DNA from: Candidatus Poribacteria bacterium
GTDB taxonomy: Bacteria; Poribacteria; WGA-4E; UBA9662
Assembly (NCBI GenBank): GCA_036339735.1
Contig: JAYZAL010000019.1
Location: 1-64,000, forward strand
Length of the DNA stretch: 64,000 nucleotides
Reading direction: 5' to 3'
Positions 59,626 through 64,000 of the stretch are shown here, piece by piece. A program made the translations under genes and the position numbers. The first letter of the stretch is position 1, and each line of letters starts with the position of its first letter. The notes under the pieces were generated by a model, which saw only the letters and a list, made by a program, of their open reading frames with translations, made no database searches and had not been told where the DNA came from.

Positions 59626-60681
59626 ATGAAAGATAGAAAAAAGTGGATCTTGTTGGCAATATTGTTTTTTATTTTAAATTCGATACCATATGTCATTGCT
59701 CAAGATGCTTGAGGTGCCTGAAGTAACCCCATAATCCCTGAAATGGGGCCGAGCCGTGAGCTCGATATAGAAACGAAGAAAAAATTTCGATTCACTTTTA
59801 ACGTCACACGTTCTTTCAATGCAGAAGGTGGACATAGTGAAACAGGCGGATTGACAACCGATGGTCGACTAATCGAAATTGGAAACCATTGGCATCACGT
59901 GTCTATGTCAATGAGCCGTTTTAATTTAGGACTGCATTACCAATTAAATCCTCGAACTAAGCTAGCACTAGTCTTACCATATAGTATTAAAAATCAGTCA
60001 GCTGAAATTGAATGGGAAGCCTCAAACCCAAGTGTGAGTGACCAGGATGCAGCTATCCGGAATGGTTATATCCATCATAGAGATGAAACATATCGTGGGT
60101 TTGAAGATCTGAATTTAACGACTAACTACCACTGGAATGGGTTTACATCTATAAAAAACGACAGAATTACTCTGTCTGCTGGGTTGTCTATACCAACGGG
60201 TAAAATTGAACCTGATCCATATAAGCTCGGCGACGTAGGAAAAAAACATTTACATCTGCAGTTTGGTACAGGAACACTAACTCCAAGTTTCCAAGTTATC
60301 TACATATTGCCAGTAAACGATTTGCTGTCGGTACAATCTCGGTTATCATTTCGACGTCCCTTCTACGAAAACAAGTATAGTTTTCTGTCTCCTCCAGAAA
60401 CAAGTACCTATTTTGGTATAGCATTAAAAGTCTCGAATATCCTGAGATTACATGGGTCTTGGATGGTATTTAGGCAAGGATTTGGGTATTGGGATGGAAA
60501 TAGAGATCGAAATACTGGTATGCAAATGCATGCTTTACAATTGGGAACAAACACAACAATTGGTCGAAAAACCCCTTTAAATATTAGCGTAATTGTACCT
60601 ATCCATCAACAAATGCTTAGTACGGGGGATACATTCGAGCATGGTATTCTATTGTCGTCTAGTGTTTCTCATGTCTTTTAA
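59626..60681 (+). CDS. Putative selenoprotein (UxxU) outer-membrane beta-barrel transporter, 351 aa
   Basis: GGAG RBS and ATG 59626 give MKDRKKWILLAILFFILNSIPYVIAQDA*GA*SNPIIPEMGPS..., in frame with the listed ORF at 59743; TGA at 59710 and 59719; 'GLSIPTG', 'LQFGTGT', terminal Phe. Confidence 0.8.
59727..59764 (+). promoter_or_regulatory. Candidate bacterial SECIS hairpins
   Basis: CCCCAT/ATGGGG stem (59727-59748) and CGAGC/GCTCG stem (59750-59764) just 3' of the two TGA codons. Confidence 0.45.
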
Positions 60682-60692
60682 AACTAACTAAA

Positions 60693-60722
60693 TTGACAGT
60701 CAGAGGTCTGAATTGTTAGAAT
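60693..60722 (+). promoter_or_regulatory. Sigma70 promoter
   Basis: TTGACA-18-TAGAAT with extended TG. Confidence 0.65.
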
Positions 60723-60784
60723 GGGATAGTTTATGGGAAGCCATTTGGCAGTTTAGGTCAGGCAATGAAAATTAAGGAGTTTCT

Positions 60785-61792
60785 ATGGCAGATGTTATTC
60801 GTGGTGGAGTGATAGGATATGGTGGTGCTTTTAATATGGGGCGTAGCCATGCTGGGAGTATGCAAAACACTGAAGGTATAGAATGCGTGGCAATTTGCGA
60901 CATTGACCCAGAACGTACTAAAGCCGCTAAAGAAGATTTTCCACAAGTTCGTACTTACAACGACAGTGATGATTTTTTTGCTGACGAAAGCATTGATTTA
61001 GTAACTATTGTTCTGCCTCACAATTTACATGCTCCTGTGGCTATTCAAGCACTTAATGCTGGTAAGCATGCAATAACTGAAAAACCGATGTGCATTACAG
61101 TATCAGAAGCGACTTCGATGATTGAGTCAGCAAAATCTAATGGAAAAATGTTATCGGTTTATCACAATCGGCGTTGGGATCAAGATTTTTGGACATTAAA
61201 GGGTATAATAGAGAGTGGTGTTATTGGTAGACCGCACACGATTGAAATGCGTGCTAGTGGTTATGGTCGGCCGAACCCAGATTGGTGGAGAAGTGTAAAG
61301 TCTGTTTCGGGTGGTATCATATATGACTGGGGGGCACACTATATCGACTGGCTACTAAACGTAGTTGATAATAAAATGATCAGTGTAACCGGATTTTATA
61401 TTGATAATGAAGTCTGGACAGATATTAGTAATGAAGATCATGCACGTGCGTTCATTCGATTTGACGGAGACTTAGTAGCTGACGTGGAATTTTCCCAGAT
61501 CGCTAAAATTGGAGGAGATCGATGGAAGATCTTAGGTACCCATGGGGCAATTCAATCCGCAGATGGCCATTTCAAAGTGTGGTCAGAAATCGAAAATCAG
61601 CAAAGTGAACAAGAAATCTCATATCAAGGTCGCCCAGGCCATAGTTTCTATCAAAATATTGTAGCTCACCTCAGAGAGAATGAACCATTAATAGTTACAC
61701 CAGAGTCTGCTCGACGGGTAATTGCTGTAATGGATTTGGCTGAGAGGTCAGCGAAGTCGCATCAAGCTGAAACCGTACCTTACGAATTTTAA
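60785..61792 (+). CDS. Gfo/Idh/MocA family oxidoreductase
   Basis: 'GVIGYGG', 'TEKPM', 'HNRRWD', 'DWGAHYID'. Confidence 0.93.
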   Translation: MADVIRGGVIGYGGAFNMGRSHAGSMQNTEGIECVAICDIDPERTKAAKEDFPQVRTYNDSDDFFADESIDLVTIVLPHNLHAPVAIQALNAGKHAITEKPMCITVSEATSMIESAKSNGKMLSVYHNRRWDQDFWTLKGIIESGVIGRPHTIEMRASGYGRPNPDWWRSVKSVSGGIIYDWGAHYIDWLLNVVDNKMISVTGFYIDNEVWTDISNEDHARAFIRFDGDLVADVEFSQIAKIGGDRWKILGTHGAIQSADGHFKVWSEIENQQSEQEISYQGRPGHSFYQNIVAHLRENEPLIVTPESARRVIAVMDLAERSAKSHQAETVPYEF

Positions 61793-61804
61793 AGTTTTAA
61801 AAAA

Positions 61805-61854
61805 TCGACATTGGGGTTCTGCCTGATATAATCTAAGCAGAACCCCAATGTCGA
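61805..61854. terminator. 18-bp perfect inverted repeat between convergent genes
   Basis: TCGACATTGGGGTTCTGC-N14-GCAGAACCCCAATGTCGA. Confidence 0.8.
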
Positions 61855-61888
61855 CTCTGCCCCTCTATCAAAAAGATTTCCAACCTTT

Positions 61889-63577
61889 TCAAATGTTCCC
61901 TGTTCCTCGGTGTTGACTAAGCCGGTTAACAGCGTAAGTTCCAATTGAAACTATAATAATAGCAATTACCCCTAAGCTCGCGCTTGGTCCTCTACCTGTA
62001 GTTTCTTGCATATACAAATATATGCCGTAAGAAATAGGGGCCATTTCATTTCTTGGTACGAGCATTAAAGTCGAACTTAATTCGACTGAAGAGCTAATGA
62101 AGGCCATGATTCCACCTGCTACAATACCTGGTAACATTAGGGGTAAAACGATTTTAGTAAAGGTAGATAGAGTATTTGCACCTAGATTTTTTGAGGCTTC
62201 TTCTAGAGATATGTGAATTTGTTGCAACGTAGCATAGCAAGATCGAACTGTGTATGGTAATCTGCGAACCGCGTAGACAATTACTAGGATCAACCAAGTC
62301 TCAGTCAGTGGTTTACCAATGACAGGCAAATCTATCGTGTGGAATATTCTTAGGTAGCCAATTGCCAAAACTACACCTGGGACTGCTAAAGGTAATGTGG
62401 CAATGAAATCCAAAATTGTTCGGCCTAGCATCTTTCCTCTAAGCAGTATGAAAGAAATTATGGCTCCTAGAAATATATCAATCAGAGCCGCCAATGCAGC
62501 GTATACAATAGTATTAAGTATCATTTTTGGGGCATCGGCAAAAACTCTGGTGAAATTGGTAGTGGTATAGATTTTGGGCAGAACTGTAAAGTTCCAAGAT
62601 TTAGCAATAGACATTAGAAAAATACCTATGTGTGGCAGTAAGCAAAAAGTTAACAAAATTATACAGAAACCACTAATCGTCCAACCTTTCCAACCAAAAA
62701 TTTGCAGTCTAGAAATGGAACTACCTGACTTTTGTTGTACATATTCCGATTGCTTAAGATAGTGCAGTGCAAGAACCAATGAGAAGAGAGATAACACAAC
62801 CAGAATTACAGAAATAACATATCCCATTGTACTATTGCCATTAATAGCGGTAATTTGTTGATAAGCTAGAGGTGCTAACAAATTATGATAACCAAGCATC
62901 AGGGGAGTACCGAGATCGTCTATACTTTTGATAAAAACAATTAGTGCACCAGCCATATACCCTGGTTGCATCAGTGGAAATGTGATTTGGCGAAACAGTT
63001 TCCATCCGGAAGCTCCTAGGTTTCTTCCAGCTTCTTCCAGGGAGAGGTCTGCGTTTTCTAAGGCTGATACAGAATTAAGTAAAATAAAGGGAAAGTAGTG
63101 TAATGTTTGAACTAAAACAACACCGGTTAATCCGTCCATGAAAGGAATGGTCGTACCAAAAAACATCCGGATAATTTGATTGATCATACCACTTCGCCCC
63201 AAAATTGTTTGTAGAGCAATAGCGCTAACAAAAGCTGGCATGACCAATGGTAAAACGCCCAGTGTTTGAACGATCAATCGACCTTTGAAGTTATAACGGG
63301 TGGTAAATAAAGCCAAAGGTAAGCTAATAATACTGCTAAAGAAAACTACGATAACACCTACCCATAAACTTCGCCACAAAGCCTCGTTTAGCGAAGGCTG
63401 CTTGAAAAAATTGACAAAGTGGGTTAGTGTTAGGCGACCATTTTCAGTAAATGCGACGTAAATCACTTGCAAAATTGGGAGTAGGATGAAAAAAGATAAG
63501 AGTACCAATAAGCAAATGAAAAGAAGGAATTGGCCAGGGGTTGATGAACCCCGTATTCGTCTGAAAAGTTCTTTCAT
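61889..63577 (-). CDS. ABC transporter permease, FbpB (Fe3+/thiamine-type) family
   Basis: Two EAA loops ('LEEAGRNLGA', 'LEEASKNLGA'), about 12 TMs. Confidence 0.92.
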   Translation of the reverse strand: MKELFRRIRGSSTPGQFLLFICLLVLLSFFILLPILQVIYVAFTENGRLTLTHFVNFFKQPSLNEALWRSLWVGVIVVFFSSIISLPLALFTTRYNFKGRLIVQTLGVLPLVMPAFVSAIALQTILGRSGMINQIIRMFFGTTIPFMDGLTGVVLVQTLHYFPFILLNSVSALENADLSLEEAGRNLGASGWKLFRQITFPLMQPGYMAGALIVFIKSIDDLGTPLMLGYHNLLAPLAYQQITAINGNSTMGYVISVILVVLSLFSLVLALHYLKQSEYVQQKSGSSISRLQIFGWKGWTISGFCIILLTFCLLPHIGIFLMSIAKSWNFTVLPKIYTTTNFTRVFADAPKMILNTIVYAALAALIDIFLGAIISFILLRGKMLGRTILDFIATLPLAVPGVVLAIGYLRIFHTIDLPVIGKPLTETWLILVIVYAVRRLPYTVRSCYATLQQIHISLEEASKNLGANTLSTFTKIVLPLMLPGIVAGGIMAFISSSVELSSTLMLVPRNEMAPISYGIYLYMQETTGRGPSASLGVIAIIIVSIGTYAVNRLSQHRGTGNI

Positions 63578-63695
63578 TGTCTATGATGATACCATTTGTT
63601 TCTGGATTTAGTCAGGTTTGAATGATGAAAATAGTATTTAGAAAGTTGAGCATTTTCTGTTCGTAAACAAGTGTTACAAAAACTTAGGTAGGTTG

Positions 63696-64000
63696 ATGGA
63701 AACAATTAATGGAGACTATGCCATCGCTTGGGGAGCTATAGAGGCTGGGGTATCAGTGGTAACTGGTTACCCCGGTTCTCCTGGAACTGGGACATTTAAC
63801 GTTTTATCGGAAACTAAGCTGAAGTTTGGACATCAAACTCAATGGTGTCTTAATGAACGAATAGCTCTTGATATTGCAGCTGGTGTATCTCAGGGAGGTA
63901 AGCGCTCCTTAGTTTGCCTTAAAAGTGTTGGTATGAACGTCGCTCTAGATACTCTAATGGTCTTGAATATGACAGGCATTCATTCGGGATTGGTTATTCT
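63696..64000 (+). CDS. iorA: Indolepyruvate ferredoxin oxidoreductase alpha subunit, 5' part (not in the ORF track; runs off the window)
   Basis: METINGDYAIAWGAIEAGVSVVTGYPGSPGT...NERIALDIAAG...KSVGMNVALD. Confidence 0.85.
   Translation, partial: METINGDYAIAWGAIEAGVSVVTGYPGSPGTGTFNVLSETKLKFGHQTQWCLNERIALDIAAGVSQGGKRSLVCLKSVGMNVALDTLMVLNMTGIHSGLVI

Noticed and set aside
59710-59721. Genome-wide UGA reassignment (code 4 or 25) as the explanation for the in-frame TGAs
   Set aside because: TGA ends genes at their expected C-termini (hisN, hemL, thrB) and long ORFs have no internal TGA, so any recoding must be site-specific.
59743-60681. ORF-track start at 59743
   Set aside because: No RBS and no signal peptide for a barrel protein; the in-frame ATG at 59626 has both.
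272-62762. Numerous 60-125 aa ORFs nested in or antisense to well-supported genes
   Set aside because: Shadow ORFs with no motifs or RBS.

Overview
AT-rich bacterial chromosomal window. The gene content suggests Candidatus Poribacteria (inference): paired LamG proteins ending in a 'VEPxGKLATTW' tail, sulfatases, PhyH dioxygenases, Gfo/Idh/MocA oxidoreductases and DUF6785/6784-type membrane proteins. Housekeeping genes include dtd, a double-length uvrA, panB, hemL, hisN, mutY, thrB and the start of iorA. The best candidate for a new system is 56864-60681. A TonB-dependent receptor is followed by a Cys-rich leader ORF ending in RSPP, which resembles RAPP-type arrest peptides. The 3' end of this leader is perfectly complementary (12 bp) to the Shine-Dalgarno region of the next gene. 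That gene is an outer-membrane beta-barrel whose real start (59626) is missed by the ORF track because of two in-frame TGA codons, which read as a UxxU (double selenocysteine) motif just after the signal peptide. Other notable items: a barrel-transglutaminase / pseudo-transglutaminase / CHASE2 kinase / enhancer-binding protein operon followed by a sigma54-type promoter for a sigma70 gene; an intact P-type ATPase lacking all catalytic motifs; a primase-helicase plus degenerate resolvase module with iteron-like repeats; a sugar kinase-MtlD fusion; and a gene-poor left end with a T4-like gp44 fragment and Xer/dif-like half-sites. I saw no rRNA, tRNA or CRISPR array. All calls come from reading motifs by eye; no database search was run.
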